64,000 nucleotides of DNA from an uncultured Acidobacteriota bacterium (lineage in GTDB: Bacteria; Acidobacteriota; UBA6911), in NCBI GenBank assembly GCA_963843575.1, contig CAWJKZ010000013.1:512001-576000 (forward strand), written 5' to 3'. Below, piece by piece: positions 32,423-41,608 of this stretch (its first letter is position 1; every line of letters starts with the position of its first letter). The notes under the pieces were generated by a model. It had not been told where the DNA came from. It did not search any database and was given only the letters and a program-made list of their open reading frames with translations. A program made the translations under genes and the position numbers.

Positions 32423-32489
32423 GCGTTCCCGACCGCGGCGCCTATTGTCCTGAAGTTTTTCTGTTGGCCGGGTTGATCTTGTCGAAATG

Positions 32490-32518
32490 TTGTACAGACG
32501 GCGGTTCGGTGGTAGCAT
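32490..32518 (+). promoter_or_regulatory. Sigma70-type promoter for galT-like-glgA
   Basis: TTGTAC-N17-TAGCAT with an extended TG. Confidence 0.5.
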
Positions 32519-32597
32519 GATCGCTTTTGGCCCGCCACCATCCGGCCCGATATGGAGCCAGGTATAGGTTTGGCTCCTGCGACAGGCGAAATACCGT

Positions 32598-33628
32598 ATG
32601 CCCGAATTACGTCACGATCCGATATCCAAACGCTGGGTGATCATCGCTTCCGAACGGGGACGTCGTCCGGACGATTTCCCCGCCCAGCACGACACGACTC
32701 CCGCCGGGTTTCTGCCCGTTTTGCGAGGGGAACGAGAGCAAGACGCCCCCCGAGATCATGGCGGTGCGCCACAACGGCAGCGGACCGAACCAGCGCGGCT
32801 GGGAGGTCCGGGTGGTCCCGAACAAGTTCCCGGCACTCCGCATCGAGGGGAATCTGGATCGCAAAGGCTTCGGAGTGCACGACCGCATGAACGGGGTCGG
32901 CGCGCACGAGGTCATCATCGAGACTCCCGCGGCACGACCAGAAGATGTGCGACATGGCCGTCGGCGATCTCGAGAAAGTGATCCGGGTCTGGCGCGACCG
33001 GCTCGTCGACCTGACCCGCGACCAGCGCTTCAAGTACATCCTGATCTTCAAGAACTACGGCGCCGCCGCCGGGGCCTCGCTGTCCCACCCTCACAGCCAG
33101 CTCATCGCCACGCCGGTGACGCCCCTGACGCTGGCCGGTGAGCTAGGGTCGGCCAAGGAGCACTACCAGGACAAGGAACGGTGCCTGTTCTGCGACCTGA
33201 TCCAGCAGGAACTCGAAAGCGGCGAACGCATCGTGCTCTGCAACGATCAGTTCGTCGCGATCACCCCGTTCGCCTCGCGGTTTCCCTTCGAAATCTTCCT
33301 GGCGCCCCGGTATCACCACCACAGCTTTGCCGAGATCAACGATTCGATGGTCCACCACCTGGCGCTCGCGCTCAAGGAGGTGCTGCTCAGGGTCCGGAAG
33401 TGCCTGAACGATCCGGCCTACAATTTCCTGATTCACACGATCCCGAACGTGAAGGCCAGGCCCAAGAGGACGTCCTACTGGGATACCATCGAAGTCGATT
33501 ACCACTGGCACATCGAAATCATGCCGCGGCTGACCGGGATCGCCGGTTTCGAGTGGGGAACAGGCTTCTACATCAACCCGACGGCTCCCGAGGAAGCGGC
33601 GAAGTACCTGCGGGACGTCGAGCTGTAA
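32598..33628 (+). CDS. galT: GalT-like hexose-1-phosphate nucleotidyltransferase (frameshifts near 32710 and 32930)
   Basis: [66 protein letters not shown] (HxHxQ), [10 protein letters not shown]...AGFEWGTG. Confidence 0.88.
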
Positions 33629-33661
33629 TCGCCTGCCGCCGCAGCCGCGTTCAGGATCACT

Positions 33662-35185
33662 ATGCCCGGAAGCGACAGACTGCGCGTCGTGATGTTTTCC
33701 GCGGAAGCCTATCCGTACGTGCAGGTCGGCGGCCTGGGCGACGTGATGGGGGCGTTGCCGAAGGTGCTCGACACGATGGGGGCCCGTGTCACGCTCGTCG
33801 TTCCCTCCTACAAGACCATCGACCACCCGCAGCACAACATCGTGCCCTACTCTCCCGTCCCGGCTTTCCAGGTGCCCATGGGCCCCGGCTTCGCCCGGGC
33901 CGAGGTGTTTCGGACGTGGATGCCGGAATCGGAGGTCGAGGTCCTGTTCATCGGTTGCCCGGAGTATTTCTCCCGCGAGGGCGTGTATGACGACCCGATC
34001 ACGCGGGAGGGATACTTCGACAACATGGAACGCTTCGTGTTCTTCATGAGGGCCGGGATCGAACTGCTGTCGAGGATCGGCGAGCCCGCCGACGTCATCC
34101 ACTGCCACGACTCGCAGACCGCACTGATCCCCGGGATGCTGCGCACCAGCTACCAAGCCGATCCGTTTTTTGCCTCGTCGGGCACCCTGTTGACCATCCA
34201 CAATGTCGCCTACCAGGGACTCTACCCGCGGGAAACCCTGTATTGGGCCGGCATCGACCAGCGCTACTTCTACCCGACCTCCCCGTTCGAATTCTGGGGA
34301 CGCGTGAATTTCATGAAGGTGGGGATTGAGTATGCGGATCTCATCAACACCGTCAGCAAGACCTATGCCGCTGAAATCCAGTCGGGTCCCGAGTACGGGT
34401 ACGGCCTGGAGGGGGTGCTGCGCGGCAGAAAGGCCGACCTCACCGGCATCGTGAACGGCATAGACTACCGGGTGTGGGACCCGCGCACCGACCCGATCCT
34501 CCCCGCCCGCTATTCGGCCGACGACCTCTCGGGCAAGCTCGTGTGCAAGACCGAGTTGTTGAAGGCTTTCGGCCTGCCCGTGCCCGCCGGGCGCATACCG
34601 TTGATCGGGATCGTCTCGCGGCTGACGGACCAGAAGGGATTCGACCTGATCGAGCTGGGCATGGACGCGCTGGCCGCCCTGGACGTGCAGCTGGTGGTGC
34701 TCGGGACGGGGCAGCAGAGATACCACGACCTGTTGCGGCGCATCGAAGCGCGCCACCCCAACAAGATCGCCGTCAGGCTGGAGTTCGACAACCGGCTCTC
34801 GCACCTGATCGAGGCCGGATGCGACATGTTCCTGATGCCTTCCAAGTACGAACCTTGCGGCCTGAACCAGTTGTACAGCCTTCGCTACGGAACGGCGCCG
34901 ATCGTGCGCGCGACGGGCGGGCTCGCCGACACCGTCGTCGACTACGATGCCGATCCGCACCGCGGCACGGGCTTCAGTTTCAAGAACTACTCGGCGCGCG
35001 AAATGCTGGTTGCGGTCGAGAGAGCCCTTGTGCTTTACTCCAGTGTAGAACTCTGGGAAGACCTGATCCGTCGCGACATGGCGCAGGACTGGTCTTGGGA
35101 AGAATCGGCCCGTCAGTACATGCAGCTGTACCGGATGATCCACGACAGGCGCCGCAGCCCGGTGGCCAACCCGCCGCACGCCTGA
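33662..35185 (+). CDS. glgA: Glycogen synthase
   Basis: EAYPYVQVGGLGDVMGALPK, DVIHCHD, TIHNVAYQG, GIVNGID, SRLTDQKGFDL, MPSKYEPCGLNQLYSLRYG. Confidence 0.93.
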   Translation: MPGSDRLRVVMFSAEAYPYVQVGGLGDVMGALPKVLDTMGARVTLVVPSYKTIDHPQHNIVPYSPVPAFQVPMGPGFARAEVFRTWMPESEVEVLFIGCPEYFSREGVYDDPITREGYFDNMERFVFFMRAGIELLSRIGEPADVIHCHDSQTALIPGMLRTSYQADPFFASSGTLLTIHNVAYQGLYPRETLYWAGIDQRYFYPTSPFEFWGRVNFMKVGIEYADLINTVSKTYAAEIQSGPEYGYGLEGVLRGRKADLTGIVNGIDYRVWDPRTDPILPARYSADDLSGKLVCKTELLKAFGLPVPAGRIPLIGIVSRLTDQKGFDLIELGMDALAALDVQLVVLGTGQQRYHDLLRRIEARHPNKIAVRLEFDNRLSHLIEAGCDMFLMPSKYEPCGLNQLYSLRYGTAPIVRATGGLADTVVDYDADPHRGTGFSFKNYSAREMLVAVERALVLYSSVELWEDLIRRDMAQDWSWEESARQYMQLYRMIHDRRRSPVANPPHA

Positions 35186-35302
35186 GTCGTTTCCCGACCC
35201 TGAACCCCGGCACCCGCCCTCCCTCGCGTTTACGCCGTATCCCACCGGGCTGGTTTTTCTTCTAATCGTGGCGCCTTTGTGCGTCCTCGTTTCAGGGCAG
35301 CT

Positions 35303-36769
35303 ATGACCACCCAAGATTCACCGCAACCTCTCTTCGCGGCGGTTTCGCTCGAACGTCGGATCGTCGAACTCACGATCCTGTACGAGGTCAGCCAGGCGCT
35401 CCAGAACACGCTGGATGAGGAGAAGGCGCTGTACACGATTCTCGTCGGCGTGACGGCCGGCCGCGGGTTGGGCTTCAATCGGGCGTTCATCCTGCTGGTG
35501 GACCACGAAGAGCGATTTCTCAGCGGCCGCCTCGCCGTCGGCCCGACAACCCGGGAGGAGGCCGCCTCGATCTGGTACGAACTGCGCGGCAGACAGGAGT
35601 CGCTCGGCCAGCTGCTGCGCTCCATCGACAAGACCGGCATCAACAAACAAACACCGGTGAACGAGATCGCCGCGCGTTTTCACATCCCGTTGTCGGATGC
35701 CGGTAATCCACTCATCCGCGCCATGCGTTCGCGCAAAGCGTGCCTGGCCGCCGGGGAGCGGAACGCATACTGCGCCGACCGCTCGGTCGCAGAGATATTG
35801 GGAACCGATACCTTCGCGATCGCGCCCCTGTATCTCGCCGACCGCGAGCTAGGGCTGCTTATCGCCGATAATGCCGTGACGCGGAAGCCGGTGGCACCCA
35901 CGGATGTCAAACTACTGCAGATTTACGCGCAGGAGGCGAGCGCAGCCATACAAAACACACGCCTCTACAGGGAGCTGATGGAGAAGGTGGAGCTGTGCGA
36001 AAACACCAACGTCGCGCTCCGCGAAAACCAGCATCACCTGCTGCAGGCCGAAAGGCTGTCGACCATCGGGAAGATGGCGGCGCTGCTAGCCCATGAAATC
36101 CGCACCCCTCTGGTTTCCATCGGTGGCTTCGCGCGGAGACTGATGCGCTCCACTCCGGACGACGACCCCCGCAAGGAGGAGATGGAAATCATCGTCGCTG
36201 AGGTCGCCCGGCTGGAGCGCCTGGTGCAGGAAGTGCTCGGGTACAGCAGGATAACGAGACCCGAGTATGAAGACGCGGACGTGAACGAGGTAATCCGAAG
36301 CGTCGTGGCGATGCTTCAAGGCGGACTCGAAAAGAAAGAAACCATCCGGTTCGTCCTCGACCTCCAGACGAATCTCCCAAAAGCCGCCGTGGATAAATCC
36401 CAGCTGCGGCAGGCCCTGCTGAACCTCCTGATCAACGGGATGGACGCTATGCCCTCGGGGGGGACCCTGACCGTCACGAGCGAGAGCGCCGCCGATCACA
36501 TCGAGATTATGGTGAAAGACACCGGCATGGGGATCGAGCGCGAGCACTGGAGCAAGTTGTTCAGCCCTTTTTTCACGACAAAGCTCACCGGGACCGGTTT
36601 GGGTCTTGCCATCGTCTCGCAGGTGGTGGAAAATCACAGAGGATCTCTTCGGTTTGAAAGCATACCCGGCCAGGGTACTTCGTTTCACATAAAGCTCGCG
36701 CTGCGCCCACAGGCGAACTGCGGCCCCTCCTCCCCCGGCGTCGCAAAATCACGGGAGGTACCCCCATGA
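35303..36769 (+). CDS. Cytoplasmic GAF-domain sensor histidine kinase
   Basis: GLGFNRAFILLVD GAF-like region. H-box LAHEIRTPLVSIGGFARR, N-box LLNLLINGMDAM, G boxes DTGMGI, PFFTTK, GTGLGL. No TM segments. Confidence 0.92.
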   Translation: MTTQDSPQPLFAAVSLERRIVELTILYEVSQALQNTLDEEKALYTILVGVTAGRGLGFNRAFILLVDHEERFLSGRLAVGPTTREEAASIWYELRGRQESLGQLLRSIDKTGINKQTPVNEIAARFHIPLSDAGNPLIRAMRSRKACLAAGERNAYCADRSVAEILGTDTFAIAPLYLADRELGLLIADNAVTRKPVAPTDVKLLQIYAQEASAAIQNTRLYRELMEKVELCENTNVALRENQHHLLQAERLSTIGKMAALLAHEIRTPLVSIGGFARRLMRSTPDDDPRKEEMEIIVAEVARLERLVQEVLGYSRITRPEYEDADVNEVIRSVVAMLQGGLEKKETIRFVLDLQTNLPKAAVDKSQLRQALLNLLINGMDAMPSGGTLTVTSESAADHIEIMVKDTGMGIEREHWSKLFSPFFTTKLTGTGLGLAIVSQVVENHRGSLRFESIPGQGTSFHIKLALRPQANCGPSSPGVAKSREVPP

Positions 36770-37152
36770 AGACCGTATTGATAGTCGATGACGACAAGAA
36801 CGTCCGTCGCCTCTACAAGGCCGAGCTGGAAGCCGAAGGCTATCAGACCATGCTCGCGGAAAACGGATGGGAGGCGACTGCCATGGTCGGGAGCAAACTC
36901 CCCGACGCAGTCATCCTCGACATCAGGATGCCCGAGATGGACGGACTCGAAGCGATGGCACGGATCCTGGGTGAGAACCGCAAGATCCCCATCATCCTCA
37001 ACAGCGCCTACTCCTGCTATCAGGAGAACTTCCTCGCCTGGGCGGCCGACGGCTACCTGATCAAGTCGGCCGACCTGCAACCGCTCAAGACCAAGCTGCG
37101 GGAAATCCTGAGCCCCGCCGGCGAGGTCGAGGCCGCTCACGCCGCCCGCTGA
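36766..37152 (+). CDS. Single-domain response regulator
   Basis: VLIVDDD, ILDIRMPEMDG, conserved K in LIKS. ATGA overlap with the kinase stop codon. Confidence 0.93.
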   Translation: MKTVLIVDDDKNVRRLYKAELEAEGYQTMLAENGWEATAMVGSKLPDAVILDIRMPEMDGLEAMARILGENRKIPIILNSAYSCYQENFLAWAADGYLIKSADLQPLKTKLREILSPAGEVEAAHAAR

Positions 37153-37156
37153 GAGA

Positions 37157-37233
37157 CGGAAGCCGGAGGCCCGAAGCCGGAAGGGACGGCTGCGGGCGTA
37201 AGGGAATCTGTAGCGCCTTCCGGCTTCCGGCTT
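37157..37233. repeat. Inverted repeat of 7-nt tandem units (CGGAAGC / GCTTCCG), possibly also a terminator
   Basis: cggaagc-cggaggc-ccgaagc-cggaagg ... ccttccg-gcttccg-gcttttt between convergent genes. Confidence 0.65.
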
Positions 37234-37235
37234 TT

Positions 37236-38405
37236 TCAAGCGAAGGCGTTCAGGCCGGTGATGGCTTGGCCCAGGATCAGGGTGTGGATGTCGTGAGTCC
37301 CCTCGTAAGTCTTGACCGACTCCAGGTTGCACATGTGGCGGATCACCGGGAACTCGAGCGATATGCCGTTGGCGCCCAGGATTTCCCGGGCGAGCCGGGC
37401 GATCTCGAGGGCTATATCGACGTTGTTCCTCTTGGCGAGCGACGTCTGGGTAAAGTGCAGTTTGCCCGCGTCCTTGAGCCTCCCGAGCTGCAACGCCAGC
37501 AGCTGACCCTTGGTGATTTCCGACAGCATGTACACCAGTTTTTCCTGGACCATCTGGAACGAAGCGATGGGGCGTCCGAACTGCACCCGGGCCCGGGCGT
37601 ACTCCAGTGCGGCGTGATAGCAGGCCATGGCCGCGCCGAGGCCGCCCCATGCGATGCCGTAGCGCGCCTGGTTCAGACAGCGGAGGGGAGCCTTCAATCC
37701 TTGCCCGCGCGGCAGTGCGTTTTGCTGCGGTATGGCGCAATCCTCAAAAATCAGCTGCGAGGTCACCGAGGCCCTCAGGGACATCTTGTGTTTGATTTCG
37801 GGGGCCGCGAATCCTGGCGTACCCTTCTCGACGAGAAAGCCCCTCACCTCGCCGTCGACTTTGGCCCAAACGACCGCCACATCGGCGATGCTGCCGTTGG
37901 TGATCCAAGACTTGGCCCCGTTCAGGACCCAGCAGTCGCCCCGTATAGTCGCGCGTGTGATCATGCCGCTGGGGTCGGAGCCGTGATCCGGTTCGGTCAG
38001 GCCGAAGCATCCGATCTTTTCGCCGCGGGCGAGCCGTGGCAGCCAGTAGCTTTTCTGCTCTTCGGAGCCGAACTCGAAGATCGGGTACATCACCAGGGCG
38101 CCCTGAACCGAGACAAAGCTCCGGATGGAGCTGTCCCCCCGCTCGATCTCCTGCATGATCAGCCCGTAGGCAACGTTGTTCATCCCCGCGCACCCGTACT
38201 GCTCGGGCAGGTTGGCACCGAAAAGCCCGAGCTCGGCCATCTCAGGGATCAACTCCGCGGGGAACGTCCCGTCCTCGAAGTGCCGGTCGATGATCGGAAC
38301 GATCCTGTCGGTGACGAACGCGCGCACCGTTGCCCGCACCATCTTCTCCTCTTCGGAGAGGAGACCGTCGATCTCGTAGAAATCCACGCCTCTGAATTGC
38401 TCCAT
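37236..38405 (-). CDS. Acyl-CoA dehydrogenase, glutaryl-CoA dehydrogenase-like
   Basis: YGLIMQEIERGDSSIRSFVSVQGALVMYPI, GCFGLTEPDHGSDP, ARYGIAWG, LGANGI...NLESVKTYEGTHDIHTLILG. Confidence 0.9.
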   Translation of the reverse strand: MEQFRGVDFYEIDGLLSEEEKMVRATVRAFVTDRIVPIIDRHFEDGTFPAELIPEMAELGLFGANLPEQYGCAGMNNVAYGLIMQEIERGDSSIRSFVSVQGALVMYPIFEFGSEEQKSYWLPRLARGEKIGCFGLTEPDHGSDPSGMITRATIRGDCWVLNGAKSWITNGSIADVAVVWAKVDGEVRGFLVEKGTPGFAAPEIKHKMSLRASVTSQLIFEDCAIPQQNALPRGQGLKAPLRCLNQARYGIAWGGLGAAMACYHAALEYARARVQFGRPIASFQMVQEKLVYMLSEITKGQLLALQLGRLKDAGKLHFTQTSLAKRNNVDIALEIARLAREILGANGISLEFPVIRHMCNLESVKTYEGTHDIHTLILGQAITGLNAFA

Positions 38406-38543
38406 GTGTGTGCTCCAAAGGGCCACTCCCCGCAGGGATGGACTCCCAGTTACTATCCGGTGCGGACGATAAATTGTCCATCCCCATTCCGGCGCTGATA
38501 TAATCCCGCCGCACTCGCACCAAGAATCCTTAGACCGTCGGGA

Positions 38544-39788
38544 ATGGGCATGGGAAAAGCTACCTGGGCGCTGCTTCTGGTTTCGGCGGCGCTCCTACCG
38601 GTTGCGCTGAGCGGCGGGGCCGCCGAGAAGCTCACGGCGCGGGGCCTGCCGTCGGTTGCTCCCGAGGTCCTCGGCATGTCGGGGGCGCGTCTGGGTCTGA
38701 TAGACGCAGCGGTAGGGGCAACCATCGAGGCGAGAGAGGTGCCGGGTGCGGTCGTCCTGGTCGCCCGTCATGGCAGGATCGCATACCTGAAGGCCTTCGG
38801 CCACCGGGCGCGCGTGCCGGAGATCGAACCCATGACCGTCGACACCATCTTCGACATGGCGTCGCTGACCAAGGTCATGGCCACGGCCCCTTCCATCATG
38901 CTGCTCGTCGAGGACGGCCGCATCAGGCTGGACGACCGCGTAAAACGTTACCTTCCCAAGTTCACCGGCGGGGGAAAGGACGCCGTCACGGTGCGGCAGC
39001 TGCTGACCCACTACTCCGGATTGCGGCCCGACTTCGACCTGTCGCGGCCGTGGGAGGGTTACGACGCGGCGCTCGAGGAGCTCTGGCTGGAAACCACGAG
39101 GTCCGACCCGGGCAAGGAGTTCGTCTACAGCGACCTGAACTTCATCGCGCTCGGCGAAATCGTCCGGAAAGTGAGCGGCAAGGGGCTGGATACGTTCGCC
39201 CTCGAGAATGTCTATGGGCCCTTGCGCATGAATGACACGGCCTTTACCCCGCCGGCGTCGTGGCGGCCTCGGATTGCACCCACCGAGTCCCGCAACCGGT
39301 CGCTGGAATACCTCAAGGGAGAGCCTCGGGCGGGCGAGTTCGAACAGATGCTGCGCGGCGCCGTGCACGATCCCACGGCTTGGCGCATGGGAGGAGTGGC
39401 GGGGCACGCCGGTCTTTTCTCCTCGGCGCGCGACGTCGCCATATATGCCCAGATGCTGCTCAGCGGTGGCAGGAGCCAGGGGCGGCGATTCCTCGGGCCG
39501 CTTACGGTCAAGGCGATGACCAGCCCCCAGTCGCCGCGCCAGGCCGTCGGGTTGCGCGGCTACGGGTGGGATATCGACACGGCGTATTCGGTTCCCCGGG
39601 GAGACCTCTTCGACGGCGGTTTCGGGCACACCGGGTTCACCGGCACGTCGCTGTGGATCCACCCGTCCAGCGACACATTCATCGTCGTGCTCAGCAGCCG
39701 CCTGCACCCGGACGGCAAAGGGGACGCGGCTCGTCTCCGGGGGCTCGTAGCCAACATCGTCGCCGGCGCAATCATCGCCGCCCGTTGA
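38544..39788 (+). CDS. Exported serine hydrolase, beta-lactamase class C-like
   Basis: Signal peptide. SxxK (ASLTK), LLTHYSG, YSD, GAVHDP, AGHAGLFS, FGHTGFTG. Confidence 0.9.
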   Translation: MGMGKATWALLLVSAALLPVALSGGAAEKLTARGLPSVAPEVLGMSGARLGLIDAAVGATIEAREVPGAVVLVARHGRIAYLKAFGHRARVPEIEPMTVDTIFDMASLTKVMATAPSIMLLVEDGRIRLDDRVKRYLPKFTGGGKDAVTVRQLLTHYSGLRPDFDLSRPWEGYDAALEELWLETTRSDPGKEFVYSDLNFIALGEIVRKVSGKGLDTFALENVYGPLRMNDTAFTPPASWRPRIAPTESRNRSLEYLKGEPRAGEFEQMLRGAVHDPTAWRMGGVAGHAGLFSSARDVAIYAQMLLSGGRSQGRRFLGPLTVKAMTSPQSPRQAVGLRGYGWDIDTAYSVPRGDLFDGGFGHTGFTGTSLWIHPSSDTFIVVLSSRLHPDGKGDAARLRGLVANIVAGAIIAAR

Positions 39789-39832
39789 GTTTTTTGGTCG
39801 GACGCCGCCGGTCGATGCGCTATCATGCGTCG

Positions 39833-40201
39833 GTGAGCGGCTTTTGTGAGTACCTCCTGGGGAAGGGCAGGATCACGGAGCTGCAGCTCTTCCGAGCCCG
39901 TTCAAAATGCGCCACCCTGAACCTGGACACCGGGCACTGCGCGTTCGCCTTCGGGTTCGTCAGCCGCGCTCAGATCCAGAATATCCTCGGGATCCGGCAG
40001 CGCACGGGCCAGCGGTTCGGGGAGATAGCCGTCGCGCTCGGCTATATGACGCCGGGGCAGGTGCACACGGTCTTGAGGCTCCAGAGCAAGTACCGCGTGA
40101 CCATGGAGGAAGCTCTCGTCCGGGACGGCGCATTGACCGCCGAGGACATTGAAGCGGAACGTCTGAAGTACGGGGACGCCCGGCGGACGGGGACGCTGTA
40201 A
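39833..40201 (+). CDS. Small protein made of MshEN-like repeats (start may be ATG 39815)
   Basis: Hidden as the tail of ORF 39260-40201. Contains FCEYLLGKGRITELQL..., RFGEIAVALGYMTPGQVHTVLRLQ, MEEALVRDGALTAEDIE. Confidence 0.7.
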   Translation: MSGFCEYLLGKGRITELQLFRARSKCATLNLDTGHCAFAFGFVSRAQIQNILGIRQRTGQRFGEIAVALGYMTPGQVHTVLRLQSKYRVTMEEALVRDGALTAEDIEAERLKYGDARRTGTL

Positions 40202-40286
40202 CGCTGCGGGCTCTGCCTGCGTCCGACAGACGGAGCGCGGTTCCGGGCCGGCGGCCCGCCCGGCTCGATGATGGCCGATGCGGGTG

Positions 40287-40487
40287 TCAGCTCTTTTCGA
40301 AAGAGTAGCAGGCGCGACGAAACTTGAGGAAAGCGTGGGAGTGGTGGGGGCATGTGCCCCAATGGCTTTCGGTGCCGACGAACTCCTCTTCCGACGTGAA
40401 ATGCTTGCAGTGGCCGCACTCGAACTGCTTGTCCTCGATTTTGAAGTCGCAAGCCTCTTTGAACGTGGCGAATTGCTGCTGAGGCAT
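40287..40487 (-). CDS. 66-aa four-Cys protein (C-x2-C-x18-C-x13-C), hypothetical
   Basis: RBS GAAGGAGA before ATG. MPQQQFATFKEACDFKIEDKQFECGHCKHFTSEEEFVGTESHWGTCPHHSHAFLKFRRACYSFEKS. Confidence 0.7.
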   Translation of the reverse strand: MPQQQFATFKEACDFKIEDKQFECGHCKHFTSEEEFVGTESHWGTCPHHSHAFLKFRRACYSFEKS

Positions 40488-40572
40488 CTGATCTCCTTCC
40501 GGCCTGCAAAAATGGTGCAGAAAAGGGTCCTGGCTGTCAACCCAATGATGTCCCGAACGCGGAACGTATTCT

Positions 40573-41608
40573 ATGGAAAAGACGCGCATCCTGGTGGCCG
40601 ACGACGAGATCTATATCCAGGAGATCCTCCGCTCGACCCTGCTCGAAGCGGGGCATGAGTGCACCACGGCATCCCACGCCGGGCAGGCGCTCGGACACTT
40701 GAATCACCAGCTGTTCGATCTGGCCTTCCTCAGCTCCCGCCTACCCGGGCCGGAGTTCATCGGTCTGTTGAAGGAGATCCACACCAGCTACCCGGACGTG
40801 GTGCTGATCGCGATGACCCCCGCGGACTCGGCCGAAGCACCGATCCACTCCATCCGCGCCGGCGCCTTCGACTGCCTCGTCAAGCCGTTCAAGCTCGAGG
40901 AGGTCGTTTCGGCAGCCAACCGGGCCATCGAAAAGCGTCGTGTCGACGTTGCGGGACGCGAATATCAGAAATACCTGGAGCATCTGGCGGAGGAGCGCGG
41001 CGCCGAAACACGACGCCTTTTCTACGCGACCATCCAGGTGCTGATCCGGCTTCTGGAACTCAAGGTGCCGTTTAATGCGGGACATGCCGCCCGTGTGGCC
41101 GAGATGTGCCGCTATGTCGCCCGGGAACTCAAGATGACCGTCGACGGCGTGCGCAAGGTCTATCTCGCCGCGCTCCTGCACGACGTCGGCCTGTTTGTCG
41201 TGACCGACCTCCTCCTGAACAAAGAAGACGTGCTCACGCCCGACGAATATCGCCAGCTGCGCGCCCACGCATCGGCCGCCGAAGACGTCCTCAAGCCGAT
41301 TCTCTCGGACGACGAGGTGCTCAAGTACATCCGGCACCACCACGAACGCTACGACGGAAGCGGATACCCGGACGGCCTCAAGGGCAACATCATCCCGCTG
41401 GGGGCCCGCATCATCAGCGGTGGTCGAGGCCTTTGAGTCGATGACACGGGATCGCCCCTACCGTAACGCGTTCACTTCCGAAGAGGCGCTTGCCGACCTC
41501 AAGCGCTGCGCCGAGAAGCAGTTCGATCCGCAGGTCGTCGGCGTCTTCACGGACCTGCACAACCACATCTTCAAGAACATGGACAAGTTGCCGACGGGGA
41601 AACCGTGA
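40573..41608 (+). CDS. Receiver + HD-GYP domain protein, degenerate (frameshift near 41420)
   Basis: RILVADDE...KPF receiver. AALLHDVG, IRHHHERYDGSGYPDGLKG, RPYR, QFDPQVV. Confidence 0.88.

Noticed and set aside
40287-40487. Heme c-binding motif in the small Cys protein
   Set aside because: The sequence is CGHCKH (CxxCK), not CxxCH, and there is no export signal.
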